From assembly GCA_021648585.1 (NCBI GenBank), contig JAKISM010000001.1, forward strand, positions 1 to 46,206: a stretch of DNA of 46,206 bases, in the 5' to 3' direction. The position numbers were made by a program, and so were the translations under genes. Within the stretch, counting starts at the first letter, position 1. Every line of letters begins with the position of its first letter. Shown in pieces: positions 11,484-21,700 of this stretch. The stretch is from Devosiaceae bacterium (GTDB lineage Bacteria; Pseudomonadota; Alphaproteobacteria; Rhizobiales; Devosiaceae). The notes under the pieces are model-generated. The model did not search any database. It was not told the DNA's origin and saw nothing but the letters and a program-made list of their open reading frames with translations.

Positions 11484-13152
11484 ATATCAGGACGAGTTAG
11501 TATTTGTGCCGTTTGGCGGGGTTGGCGAAATTGGCATGAACATGGCGGCCTATGGCTTTGGCCCTGAAAATAATCGCAAGTGGATTGTGCTAGATTGCGG
11601 CGTAACATTTGGTGGGCCAAATCAACCCGGTATTGAGTTAATAATGGCCGATCCCACTTTTTTAGAGGATGAATCAGAAAATGTGCTTGGCTTAATTCTA
11701 ACGCATAGCCACGAAGATCATTATGGTGCAGCGCTTGATTTATGGCCAAGTTTTGATAGTCCTGTTTATGCAACGCCTTTTACCAAAGCAATGATTAAAG
11801 CTAAGCGGCTTGGTAATAATATTGATGCAAATCTTGATGTAAGAGAAATGGTGCAAGGAAAACCATTTAATCTTGGGCCATTTACTATTGAAGCAATAAA
11901 TATGGCGCACTCAATCCCTGAATGTAATTCAATCCTAATAAAAACTCCTTTAGGGCAAGCGCTTCATACGGGAGATTGGAAACTTGACCCGCACCCCGTT
12001 GGCTCGCCCCCAACTGATGAAAAACGCTTGCAAAAAATTGGTGATCATAAACTCCCATTAGCGCTTATTTGCGATAGTACAAACGCCAAGAAAGAAGGAA
12101 TTAGTGCTTCTGAAAAAGACGTGGCTAAAAATCTTGAAAAAATAATTAAAAGCGCCAAACATCGAGTTGCGGTTACAACTTTTGCCTCAAATATTGGACG
12201 TATTATTTCTATTGCTCGTGCCGCAAAAAAAGCAAATCGCCAAGTGGTGCTTTCAGGCCTATCGCTACACCGAGTAACAACTATTGCACGTGAATTGGGA
12301 ATGCTTGAAGGCATTGAGCCATTTTTAGATCAAGATGCCTATTTGCACTTGCCACGCAATAAGCTGGTGCTTATTTGCACTGGCTCGCAAGGAGAGCAAA
12401 GAGCGGCAGTTTCTCGCATTGCAAGGGGCGTGCATCCAGCTATCGAACTTAATGCTGGTGATATGATGATTTTTTCATCTTGGGCAATTCCGGGAAATGA
12501 AAGAGAAGTAATTGATATTCAAAACCAGTTAATTGATAAGAATGTTAAAATAATAACCAATGATGATGAATTGGTGCATGTTTCGGGTCATCCACGCATT
12601 GGGGAACTTAAAAACCTCTATGATTGGGTAAAGCCTGACATTTTAATTCCCGTACATGGTGAGGCAATGCACCTTGAAGCGCACGCAAAACTTGGCAAGG
12701 CTGAGGGCATAAAGCAGGTTTTCTCTATTCGCAATGGCGATATGGTGAAATTATTCCCAAATAGCGAGCATTTAGTTGCTGAAATTGCGGTTGGTGAGCT
12801 TTATCTCGATGGTAATATATTATGTACTCCAAGAGAAAGCGGTGTTTCTGGGCGAAAGAAATTATCATTTGGTGGTTTAGTAAATGTCAGTCTTTGCATT
12901 AATCGGCATGGTGAAATTATTTCAGGCCCTGATATTGAAATTACAGGCGTGCCTAAGCCTGACGAAAATTACGAGGATAGTCTTGAAGTGATTATTGAAA
13001 AAGCCATTATTGGCGTAATTGCTTCGATGCCACAAAAAAGGCGCTCAAATGATGTTAAGTTGCAGGCGGCCATAAAAAGAGCCACAAGAAGTGAAGTCAG
13101 GAATTATTGGGGGCGCAAGCCTAACGTTTATGTGTTTGTCCATGTAATTTAA
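11473..13152 (+). CDS. rnj: Ribonuclease J (metallo-beta-lactamase / beta-CASP family)
   Basis: Contains HSHEDHYGA (HxHxDH), has the ~559-aa RNase J architecture, and overlaps the birA 3' end by 11 nt. The nuo-birA-rnj order is typical of Rhizobiales. Confidence 0.88.
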   Translation: MANKYQDELVFVPFGGVGEIGMNMAAYGFGPENNRKWIVLDCGVTFGGPNQPGIELIMADPTFLEDESENVLGLILTHSHEDHYGAALDLWPSFDSPVYATPFTKAMIKAKRLGNNIDANLDVREMVQGKPFNLGPFTIEAINMAHSIPECNSILIKTPLGQALHTGDWKLDPHPVGSPPTDEKRLQKIGDHKLPLALICDSTNAKKEGISASEKDVAKNLEKIIKSAKHRVAVTTFASNIGRIISIARAAKKANRQVVLSGLSLHRVTTIARELGMLEGIEPFLDQDAYLHLPRNKLVLICTGSQGEQRAAVSRIARGVHPAIELNAGDMMIFSSWAIPGNEREVIDIQNQLIDKNVKIITNDDELVHVSGHPRIGELKNLYDWVKPDILIPVHGEAMHLEAHAKLGKAEGIKQVFSIRNGDMVKLFPNSEHLVAEIAVGELYLDGNILCTPRESGVSGRKKLSFGGLVNVSLCINRHGEIISGPDIEITGVPKPDENYEDSLEVIIEKAIIGVIASMPQKRRSNDVKLQAAIKRATRSEVRNYWGRKPNVYVFVHVI

Positions 13153-13236
13153 TCGCTTTTCTAAACTTGCTTTAAGTGTATTATTCAATTCGAATTATAT
13201 TTAGTAAATTGAGTCGATGTGACTTTTGGAGATATT

Positions 13237-14586
13237 ATGCGCCTATCAAATTATTTTTTACCCACTCTTAAAGAAACACCAAAAGAAGCAGAAATTGTTT
13301 CGCACCGTTTAATGTTGCGGGCTGGCATGATTAAACAACAAGCCGCAGGCTCTTATTCTTGGTTGCCTTTTGGATATAAAGTGCTACGTAAAGTGCAAGC
13401 GATAATTGAGCAAGAGCAAAATAGGGCAGGGGCGCTTGAACTTTTAATGCCAACCTTACAGTCAGCTGATTTGTGGCGTGAAAGCGGGCGCTATGATGAT
13501 TATGGCAAGGAAATGTTGCGCATAAAAGATAGGCAAGATAGAGATTTACTTTATGGCCCAACCAATGAAGAAATGATATGCGATATTTTTCGCTCCTCAG
13601 TTAAATCTTATAAGGATTTGCCGCTAAACCTATATCATATTCAATGGAAATTTCGTGATGAAATTCGCCCTCGTTTTGGCACTATGCGCTCACGTGAATT
13701 TTTGATGAAAGATGCCTATAATTTTGATTTAGATAAAGAGGGGGCAGTCGCATCTTATAATAAGATGTTTGTTGCATATTTACGCACTTTTTATCGGCTT
13801 GGCATTCCAGCAATTCCAATGCGTGCTGCAACAGGGCCGATTGGCGGCGATCTTAGCCATGAATTTATTGTGTTAGCTGATACGGGAGAGAGTGAAGTAT
13901 TTTGCCATTCTGATATGCTAGACAAAGAAATTCCAAGTATAGATGTTGATTATGATAGTGATTTATCTGACATTGTTGCTGATTGGACTTCGCATTTTGC
14001 GGCAACTGAAGATGTAACGAGCAAAGAAGAGTTTGAAAAAGCTGTGCCTAGCGATAAACGCATATTAGCTCGTGGTATTGAAGTTGGGCAACTATTTTAT
14101 TTTGGTGATAAATATTCAAAACCAATGGGTGCAAATGTTACCAATGCTCAGGGCAAAGAAATTGCGGTACATATGGGGTCGCACGGCATTGGGCTAACAA
14201 GAATTGTGCCAGCAATTATTGAAGCGCATCACGATGAAAATGGTATTGTTTGGCCTGTTCCTGTTGCGCCATTTGAGGTGATTTTAATTAATCTTCGCAA
14301 GGGCGATGATGCGTGCGATGCAACTTGTGATGAATTATATAAACAATTAAAAGTTAATAATATTGATGTGCTTTATGATGATAGAGATGTTGGTGCTGGG
14401 GCAAAATTTGCTAATGCCGATTTAATAGGTATTCCCTATCAAATCGTAATTGGGCCTCGTGGTATTAAATCTGGTGAAGCAGAATTAAAGGACCGCAAAA
14501 CAAGCGAGCGTGAAAATATCAAGATTAGTGAAGTAGTTTCGCACACCAAAAATTTAATTGAACCACAAAGATTGGACAAGGTTTGA
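13237..14586 (+). CDS. proS: Proline-tRNA ligase (short alphaproteobacterial type, no large INS editing domain)
   Basis: Begins [32 protein letters not shown] and has class II motif 2, [26 protein letters not shown] prefer the ATG at 13237 over the upstream GTG at 13219. Confidence 0.93.
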   Translation: MRLSNYFLPTLKETPKEAEIVSHRLMLRAGMIKQQAAGSYSWLPFGYKVLRKVQAIIEQEQNRAGALELLMPTLQSADLWRESGRYDDYGKEMLRIKDRQDRDLLYGPTNEEMICDIFRSSVKSYKDLPLNLYHIQWKFRDEIRPRFGTMRSREFLMKDAYNFDLDKEGAVASYNKMFVAYLRTFYRLGIPAIPMRAATGPIGGDLSHEFIVLADTGESEVFCHSDMLDKEIPSIDVDYDSDLSDIVADWTSHFAATEDVTSKEEFEKAVPSDKRILARGIEVGQLFYFGDKYSKPMGANVTNAQGKEIAVHMGSHGIGLTRIVPAIIEAHHDENGIVWPVPVAPFEVILINLRKGDDACDATCDELYKQLKVNNIDVLYDDRDVGAGAKFANADLIGIPYQIVIGPRGIKSGEAELKDRKTSERENIKISEVVSHTKNLIEPQRLDKV

Positions 14587-15947
14587 GCAATAGCGCCACA
14601 ATAAAAAACATCAAAACAAAACCATTTTCACGCTTTGAATTTTTGCTAGCAGGGCGTTATTTGCGTGCCAAGCGCTCTGACACATTCATCTCGGTGATAG
14701 CAGGTCTAACTCTTACAGGCATTGCTATTGGGGTTGCTACTTTGATTGTTGTAACGTCCGTTATGAATGGCTTTCGTGAGGAATTACTGTCAAAAATATT
14801 AGGGCTAAATGGTCATTTTATTGCCTATCCAATGGACAAACGATTTTTTGATTATAATGAAACCGCAATAAAATTAGAAAAAATTGATAATGTTACACAT
14901 GCCTTTGCCTTTGTTGAAGGGCAAGCGCTTGCATCAGGTAATAGCCAGTCAACTGGTGTTAGTGTGCGTGGAATGACATTTGATGCTATTTCTAAACTTC
15001 CAATGCTTGTTGAGGGCGTTGATCAGGGAACTTGGCAAGGTTGGGACGATAGTAAAGGGGCAGCCATTGGATATCGTCTGGCCATAAAGCTTGGTCTTGC
15101 AAAGGGTGATATGATAACTTTGGTAAACCCAAAAGGCGCAGTTACGCCATTTGGCACAACACCACAAATCCGCTCTTATCCTGTTGATATTATCTTTGAT
15201 TTGGGCATGGTAGAATTTGATAGTTTCTTTGTATATTTACCAATGCAACAAGCGCAAACTTATTTCAAATTGTTTGAAGATGTTTTGAAGGAGGGAATAG
15301 AGCCTCCAGATTTTGAAGCAACTGATGAAGAAATTGATGCAGCTTACGAGCGGAAATATTTTGCAACTGCTCTTGAGATGTTCATAAAAGATCCAGATAA
15401 TTTAGATGAAGTGCGTCAAAAAATTTATGAAAGCATTACTCGCCCAATGATTTTAACAGATTGGCGACAGCGCAATGAAACATTTTTCTCTGCATTACAG
15501 GTTGAGCGAGTGGTGATGTTTGTCATTCTTTCAATGATAGTTTTGGTTGCGGCTTTTAATATAATTTCCTCGCTGGTAATGTTAGTAAAAGACAAGGGCA
15601 GGGACATAGCCGTGCTTAGGACTATGGGAGCAACTCGGGCATCAATTATGCGAATATTTATAATGGTTGGTGCATCGATTGGGTTTTTAGGAACTGTTCT
15701 TGGCTCATTTTTTGGCTTATTATTGGCAGCCAACGCCGAAAATATTCGTGCATGGGTTTCTGATGTCATTGGGGTTAGGCTTTTTCCACCTGAAGTATTT
15801 TTTCTTTCAACATTGCCTTCAAAAGTAGATTTAGGAGAAATCACAATCATTTTAGGTATGGCGCTTGGGCTTAGCTTTATCGCAACGATTTATCCTGCAT
15901 GGCGTGCTGCACAATATGAGCCGATTGAGGCGCTGCGTTATGAGTAA
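14583..15947 (+). CDS. lolC: Lipoprotein-releasing system permease (LolC/LolE family, FtsX-like)
   Basis: The N-terminus ([18 protein letters not shown]), a large periplasmic loop and a C-terminal FtsX-type 3-TM bundle are all present. No ATG precedes the conserved N-terminal motif, so TTG at 14583 is the only plausible start; it overlaps the proS stop. Confidence 0.88.
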   Translation: MSNSATIKNIKTKPFSRFEFLLAGRYLRAKRSDTFISVIAGLTLTGIAIGVATLIVVTSVMNGFREELLSKILGLNGHFIAYPMDKRFFDYNETAIKLEKIDNVTHAFAFVEGQALASGNSQSTGVSVRGMTFDAISKLPMLVEGVDQGTWQGWDDSKGAAIGYRLAIKLGLAKGDMITLVNPKGAVTPFGTTPQIRSYPVDIIFDLGMVEFDSFFVYLPMQQAQTYFKLFEDVLKEGIEPPDFEATDEEIDAAYERKYFATALEMFIKDPDNLDEVRQKIYESITRPMILTDWRQRNETFFSALQVERVVMFVILSMIVLVAAFNIISSLVMLVKDKGRDIAVLRTMGATRASIMRIFIMVGASIGFLGTVLGSFFGLLLAANAENIRAWVSDVIGVRLFPPEVFFLSTLPSKVDLGEITIILGMALGLSFIATIYPAWRAAQYEPIEALRYE

Positions 15948-16626
15948 TATTCTTTTAAAAATGGAAAATGTTCATCGTCATTTTGGCGAAGGAGAAACAT
16001 TGGTGAAGGTGCTTGAAAGCGCTGATCTTACACTTAAAAGCGGCGAAGTTGTTGCATTAATTGCGCCATCAGGCGCAGGTAAATCAACTTTATTGCATAT
16101 TGGTGGAATATTAGAGCGTCCGCAATCTGGCGAGGTTGAAATCTGTGGTAAGAAAACCTCAAAGATGTCGGACAGAGAGCGCACAAAATTACGTCGCTTT
16201 CATATTGGCTACGTCTATCAATTTCATAATTTATTACCTGAATTTTCAGCGCTTGAAAATATTACAATCCCGCAATTAATCGCAGGAATAGATCAAAAGG
16301 CTGCAAATATTCGCTCATTAGAATTGCTCGATATTATGGGGATTAAAAATCGTGCTTCGCATCGCCCCGCAGAATTATCTGGTGGTGAGCAACAGCGAGT
16401 TGCCATTGCACGAGCTGCTGCCAATAATCCACGAATTATACTCGCAGATGAGCCAACAGGAAATCTTGATCCTGAAATTTCAAAAATAGTATTTGATGCC
16501 CTAACCTCTATGGTGCGTGAAAAAGGCGCAAGCGCACTTATCGCCACCCATAATCATCAGTTAGCAAAACGAGCAGATAGGATTGTCACGCTTGAAAAGG
16601 GTAATGTGGTTGCCACGACTCTCTAG
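15940..16626 (+). CDS. lolD: Lipoprotein-releasing system ATP-binding protein
   Basis: Walker A (APSGAGKST), signature ([14 protein letters not shown]) and Walker B ([11 protein letters not shown]) are all present. I prefer the ATG at 15940 ([15 protein letters not shown]), overlapping the lolC stop; the track start at 15865 lies inside lolC. Confidence 0.92.
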   Translation: MSNILLKMENVHRHFGEGETLVKVLESADLTLKSGEVVALIAPSGAGKSTLLHIGGILERPQSGEVEICGKKTSKMSDRERTKLRRFHIGYVYQFHNLLPEFSALENITIPQLIAGIDQKAANIRSLELLDIMGIKNRASHRPAELSGGEQQRVAIARAAANNPRIILADEPTGNLDPEISKIVFDALTSMVREKGASALIATHNHQLAKRADRIVTLEKGNVVATTL

Positions 16627-16648
16627 GGATATTTTGAAGTCTCTCCCT

Positions 16649-16760
16649 GTCACTCTGAACGGAGTGAAGAGTCTTAAGCCACAAGAAAGATGCTTCGTCT
16701 TCGTCTCAGCATGACAACGCTGAACTAAGTGATCCGCTGCGCTATAGCTTTAGCGCGGCG
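16649..16760. repeat. GC-rich composite palindromic (REP-like) element in the convergent lolD/ligase gap
   Basis: Arm GTCACTCTGAACGGAGTGAAGAGTC (16649-16673) and arm GATGCTTCGTCTTCGTCTCAGCATGAC (16689-16715) form an imperfect inverted repeat. A second hairpin follows at about 16734-16760 (CGCTGCGCTA/TAGCGCGGCG). Confidence 0.6.
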
Positions 16761-16785
16761 AGAGAGTCTTTTACAAACATGCCAA

Positions 16786-17922
16786 TTACCCATCATACGG
16801 CAGAGCCGTTTCATTCATTAAATGATCAACAACTTTTTCAAGAGCTTGTTGTTTACTAGTGCCAGATTTTATTGCGGCGTGAAAGATTTTTCGCTGTCTA
16901 TCGGCACTAGTGCCACGCTTAACTATGGTTTTAATATGCTTTAACTCATTTATAGTGCCAAGCCTACCTGCGTCTTCTTCTAACAATTCAACCATTTCAA
17001 TAGCTAATTGCTTAAAAGCAACTGATTTGCCAATACCTAAATCAATAAGCTCTCCATTTACGCCATGGCGCATTGCACGCCAACGATTTTCTTCTAATGT
17101 TAGTCGTGGGTAAATGCGCCAACGTTGGTTTTTTTCTCTAAGACGATAAAGCATAGAGATAAGCGCTTGATAAATTGCAGCAATGCTAGCGCAATCATTT
17201 ATATCGGTGCAAACATCAGCCACCCGCATTTCTAATGTTGGAAATCGAGATGAGGGTCTTATATCCCACCAAATTTTTGTAGCATCTTCTATTGATCCTG
17301 TATTGACCAAATGCTCTATCACTCGCTCATATTCGCCATAAGATTCAAAATAATCAGGCAAGCCTGTGCGAGGCAGTGCATCAAATACGCAAAGGCGATA
17401 AGAGTTAAGAGAAGTATCTTCCCCACTCCAAAAAGGAGAGGAGGTGCTTAGCGCTAAAATATGCGGCAAGAAATACGCCGCTTGGCTCATTATATCAACT
17501 CGCATATCATCATCAGCAATGCCAACATGTACATGGCAACCGCAAATCTGTAAGCGGCGAATAGGCGCTCCAAGGTCTTTGGCTAGTTCTTCATAGCGCT
17601 GTCGATGGGTGGGGATTTGCAATTTATAATTAGCAAATGGGTGAGTAGAAGCGGCAATTGGAGCAAGATCAAATTCTGCCGCTACCTCTATAATTGTTGC
17701 TCGCATTTCCGCAAGTTCTTTAATTGCATTTTTAATAGATGCGTGAGGACGTGTGCCAACTTCAATTTGTGAGCGCAAAAATTCTGGAGAAACACGGCTA
17801 TCTAATTTTTTGGAACATTGTTGCATAAATTCTTTTGGCGGGTCTTGCGCCAAGTCTTTAGTCTCTAGATCAACTAGAAAATACTCTTCTTCAATTCCAA
17901 CACTTAATTCGGGTGGTTTCAA
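16786..17922 (-). CDS. Carboxylate-amine ligase, glutamate-cysteine ligase family 2 (YbdK-like)
   Basis: 378 aa with GIEEEYFLVD near the N-terminus and CGCHVHVGI, both typical of the GCS2/YbdK family. The TTG start at 17922 is preceded by GAGGAG 8 nt upstream; no in-frame ATG lies upstream of the conserved N-terminal motif. Confidence 0.85.
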   Translation of the reverse strand: MKPPELSVGIEEEYFLVDLETKDLAQDPPKEFMQQCSKKLDSRVSPEFLRSQIEVGTRPHASIKNAIKELAEMRATIIEVAAEFDLAPIAASTHPFANYKLQIPTHRQRYEELAKDLGAPIRRLQICGCHVHVGIADDDMRVDIMSQAAYFLPHILALSTSSPFWSGEDTSLNSYRLCVFDALPRTGLPDYFESYGEYERVIEHLVNTGSIEDATKIWWDIRPSSRFPTLEMRVADVCTDINDCASIAAIYQALISMLYRLREKNQRWRIYPRLTLEENRWRAMRHGVNGELIDLGIGKSVAFKQLAIEMVELLEEDAGRLGTINELKHIKTIVKRGTSADRQRKIFHAAIKSGTSKQQALEKVVDHLMNETALPYDG

Positions 17923-17944
17923 ATTCTTAGCTCCTCAATAATCA

Positions 17945-18059
17945 TTTTGATTATACAGTATTTAGCATTGGAAATGCTAAATACTATCACCGCACGAAGT
18001 GCGGTGCGCGGCGAAGCCAGCGTAATTCAATTAGATAATTGAATTTAGAAAATACTATA
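17945..18059 (+). repeat. Triple-hairpin, TIR-bounded intergenic element, copy 1 (MITE/RIME-like)
   Basis: Reverse-complement match to 42530-42655. Internal stems are ACAGTATTTAGCATT/AATGCTAAATACTAT, CACCGCAC/GTGCGGTG and AATTCAATTA/TAATTGAATT. The ends are imperfect inverted repeats (TTATACAGTATTT ... AAAATACTATAA). Confidence 0.8.
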
Positions 18060-18191
18060 ATGACTTAAAAATGCAAGGAAATACTGTAACGTAATACTTC
18101 CTTAACCATAATTATGAGGCAAGTCATTATTTACTAGACAAGAACAAAACAAGAACATAAGATATAAAGGAAATAAATTGAAAGGTGTATT

Positions 18192-18290
18192 ATGATAATT
18201 TTTATAAAAGATATTCTAGCTGCAATTTCACTAACTGCTTTTTGTGTTTCTGGAATTTTGTGGCTAGATATCCTCTCAAAACTTGGGTAA
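18192..18290 (+). CDS. Candidate small hydrophobic protein (32 aa: MIIFIKDILAAISLTAFCVSGILWLDILSKLG)
   Basis: ATG preceded by GAAAGGTG, about 5-11 nt upstream. The peptide has a single predicted TM helix and lies 36 nt upstream of the 4-TM gene on the same strand. It is below the ORF-track size cut-off and has no homology support. Confidence 0.25.
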   Translation: MIIFIKDILAAISLTAFCVSGILWLDILSKLG

Positions 18291-18326
18291 GAACAATTAT
18301 ACTGTTTTTGAAACTAGGATAGTTTT

Positions 18327-18707
18327 ATGTCAACATTACTTTTTTATGGGGTAGTTTTATTTACTGTTGCACTAGTGTTTTACTCGATTAGCGTTTGGGC
18401 TGGCTGGTTTTCAAAGCGCCTTAAGCTTTGGCATATTTATGTTTTTCTAATCGGCTTATTTACTGACTTTTTGGCCACTCTTTTAACCTACCTTGATATT
18501 GGTGGCATCGTTATTACGCTACATTCAGTTTTGGGCTTTATCTCAATAATCTTGATGTTCATTCATGTGGTGTGGGCAGTAATTATCTTTCGCTCAGGCA
18601 ATGAAAATTTAATTACTAATTTCCATAAGATATCACTATTTGTTTGGGGCATATGGATGATATCTTATATTTCAGGTGCTTATCTTGGTATTGTTATGGT
18701 CGTTTAA
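18327..18707 (+). CDS. Small 4-TM membrane protein with intramembrane histidines (possibly HsmA/TIGR03987-like; function unknown)
   Basis: 126 aa with four hydrophobic segments and His residues in or near the TMs (WHIYVF, TLHSVL, FIHVVW, FHKISL). It lies 26 nt upstream of dnaE on the same strand. Confidence 0.6.
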   Translation: MSTLLFYGVVLFTVALVFYSISVWAGWFSKRLKLWHIYVFLIGLFTDFLATLLTYLDIGGIVITLHSVLGFISIILMFIHVVWAVIIFRSGNENLITNFHKISLFVWGIWMISYISGAYLGIVMVV

Positions 18708-18733
18708 TTCATGTTTAAAAAAACGAGGAAATT

Positions 18734-21700
18734 TTGAAAAGTCCGGGATTTATCCACCTTCATACTCATAGTGCCTATTCATTGCTTGAAGGGGCATTGC
18801 CGCTTGAAAAATTACTTGGACTAGCGGCTAAAGATAATCAGCCAGCAATCGGCATTGCTGATAATTCAAATCTATTTGGTGCGCTAGAATTTTCTCAAAA
18901 AGCTATTGCTAAAGGCATACAACCAATAATTGGCTGCGAGCTTAGAGTTGATTTTAATGAAGAAGATGAATTTACAAGTTCGTTGCAGGGTATAAAAAAC
19001 ACAATAGTTTTAATCGCTATGAATGAGCAGGGTTTTTTAAATCTTTCTCATTTGGTAAGTCGAGCATATCTTGAGGGTTATAATGATCAGGTTGCTATCT
19101 CGTTAGACTGGCTTAGGGATAAAAATTGTGAAGGTCTAATTTGTCTGACAGGAGGGCCTGAGGGGGCAATTAATCATTTGTTCGTTTCAAATCATATTGA
19201 TGCTGGCAATAAAAGATTAGAAGAATTGCACAAGATATTTAACGATAGATTTTATGTTGAATTGCAAAGACATGGCACAAAGGAGGAAAAGCTATGTGAG
19301 CCTTTTTTGATTGAATTTGCCTATTCTAATGGCGTGCCTCTTGTTGCAACTAATGAGCCATTTTTCCCGCAAAGAAAAGATTTTGAAGCGCATGATGCGC
19401 TTTTGGCAATTTCGAGTGCAACAGTTATCGCTCAAACTAAAAGACGAAAACTAACTCAAGATCACTATTATAAAACCCGTCAAGAAATGATTGAACTTTT
19501 TAAGGATATTCCTGAAAGCTTGGACAATAGTGTTGAGATTGCCAAACGTATAAGTTTTTACCCAAATATCCGTGCGCCAATTTTGCCAAGATTTGTCGAA
19601 CCTCAAAAAAACAATAACCCTAACAGCAATGCAGAAATAGATGAACTTTCTATTCAAGCTAAAAAGGGTTTAAAACAAAGATTAAAGACTTTAGACCTAG
19701 CTGAAAATTGCACAGAAAAAACCTATGAAGAAAGGCTAGAATTTGAACTTCAAGTAATAAAAGATATGAATTATCCGGGCTATTTTCTAATAGTTGCAGA
19801 TTTCATTAAATGGGCTAAAGAGCAAGATATTCCTGTTGGGCCGGGTCGTGGCTCTGGTGCTGGCTCATTAGTTGCTTATGCACTGACAATTACCGATTTA
19901 GACCCCTTAAGATATAATCTCTTATTCGAGAGATTTCTTAATCCTGATCGTATTTCAATGCCCGATTTCGATATTGATTTTTGTCAAGACAAACGAGAGC
20001 AAGTAATAAAATATGTGCAAGATAAATACGGACATCAACAGGTAGCACAAATTATAACTTTTGGCTCACTTCAAGCAAGAGCTGCCTTAAGAGATGTTGG
20101 GCGAGTATTACAAATGCCCTATCCGCAAGTTGATAGAATTTGTAAATTAGTCCCTTCCAATCCTGCCGATCCAGTAAATCTTGAGCAAGCGATTAGGCTT
20201 GAGCCAAAACTAAGAGAAATGAGAGATGAAGATGAGATAGTTGCGCAATTACTTGAGATAGCGCAAAATCTTGAAGGTCTTTATCGCCATGCTTCAACTC
20301 ATGCTGCGGGCATTGTTATTGCTGATAGAGCAATAGAAGAATTAGTGCCGCTTTATAAAGATGCTCGCTCAGAAATGCCAGTTACCCAATATTCACAAAA
20401 ATGGGTAGAAGCTGCTGGATTGGTGAAGTTTGATTTTTTAGGCCTTAAAACTCTAACCATCATTGATAATGCTATCTCAATGATTAAGCAAAATGGGGAT
20501 AAAGGTTTTTCACTAGAAAATATCCCCATTGATGATGAAAAAACTTATGAACTTTATCAAATGGCTGAAACGATTGGCGTGTTCCAAGTTGAGAGTGCGG
20601 GAATGCGGCGGGTTCTTATTGATCTAAAGCCAGATAGGTTTGAAGATATTATCGCTTTAGTTGCTCTTTATCGACCTGGCCCAATGGATAATATTGGCTC
20701 ATTTTGCAAAAGAAAGCACGGCCAAGAAGATAGTACTACGTTGCACCCTGATATGGATGCAATCCTATCTGAGACTTATGGTATTATCGTTTATCAAGAG
20801 CAAGTTATGCAAATTGCACAAAAACTATCTGGTTATTCGTTAGGTGAAGCGGATATTTTGCGCCGTGCAATGGGCAAAAAAGATAAAAAGGAAATGGATA
20901 AGCAGCGCTCTCGTTTTGTAAAAGGAGCGATTGATAAGGATATTAAGTCTGGTAAGGCTTCGAGCATTTTTGATCTTTTAGCTAAATTTGCAAATTACGG
21001 ATTTAATAAATCTCACGCCGCAGCTTATGCGCTAGTATCTTATCAAACCGCCTATCTAAAAGCTCATTACCCAAAAGAATTTCTTGCCGCTTCAATGACG
21101 CTTGATATGGGCAATACGGATAAATTATATGATTTCAAACGAGATGCAGATCGCCTAAAAATTAATATTGTAACGCCATCTATTAACCGCTCAAACGTGG
21201 CGTTTGATGTTGAAAATGATGGAATTATATATTCTCTAAGTGCGATAAAAGGAATTGGTAAGCAGGTTGTTGAGCATTTAGTTGATGTTAGAGGTGTAAG
21301 CCCATTTTTAGATATAGCGGATTTTGCATCTCGTATTAATCCAAAAATTCTAAATAAAAGAAGTTTAGAAATTTTGGTAAATGCTGGAGCATTTGATGAA
21401 ATTACTCCTTCTCGTGATATGGCCTTTGCTTGCATTGAAAGTATTTTAGCTAATGCTGTACGAATTATTTCTGATAAGGAGCAGGGCATAACAGATATGT
21501 TTGCCACAAATGAGCCTTTGGCAATTAACTTTCCTAGCAATGTTAATTCTTGGAGTGATGAGGAGCAGTTAAATCGAGAGTTCCTAGTAATTGGATTTCA
21601 TCTTTCAGGTCACCCATTAGATAGTAGTGAAGAATTATTACAAAGATTAAAAGTTAAAAGCCTTGTTGAGTTTGAAAAAAATGTCGCCAATGGTGATAGT

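Noticed and set aside
10736-11773. 345-aa ORF on the minus strand, antisense to birA and the 5' end of rnj. This is strikingly long for an AT-rich genome.
   Set aside because: birA and rnj on the + strand carry clear catalytic motifs (GKGRLGRDW, KWPNDV, HSHEDH). The antisense product is S/L/C/P-rich with no recognisable motif, and it spans two different sense frames. It is most likely a chance open antisense frame. Only ribosome profiling or conservation analysis could revive it.
13153-13236. AATTCGAATT perfect palindrome in the rnj-proS gap, as a possible terminator or operator.
   Set aside because: It is a 10-bp AT-rich palindrome with no loop and no U-tract, which is expected by chance in AT-rich intergenic DNA.
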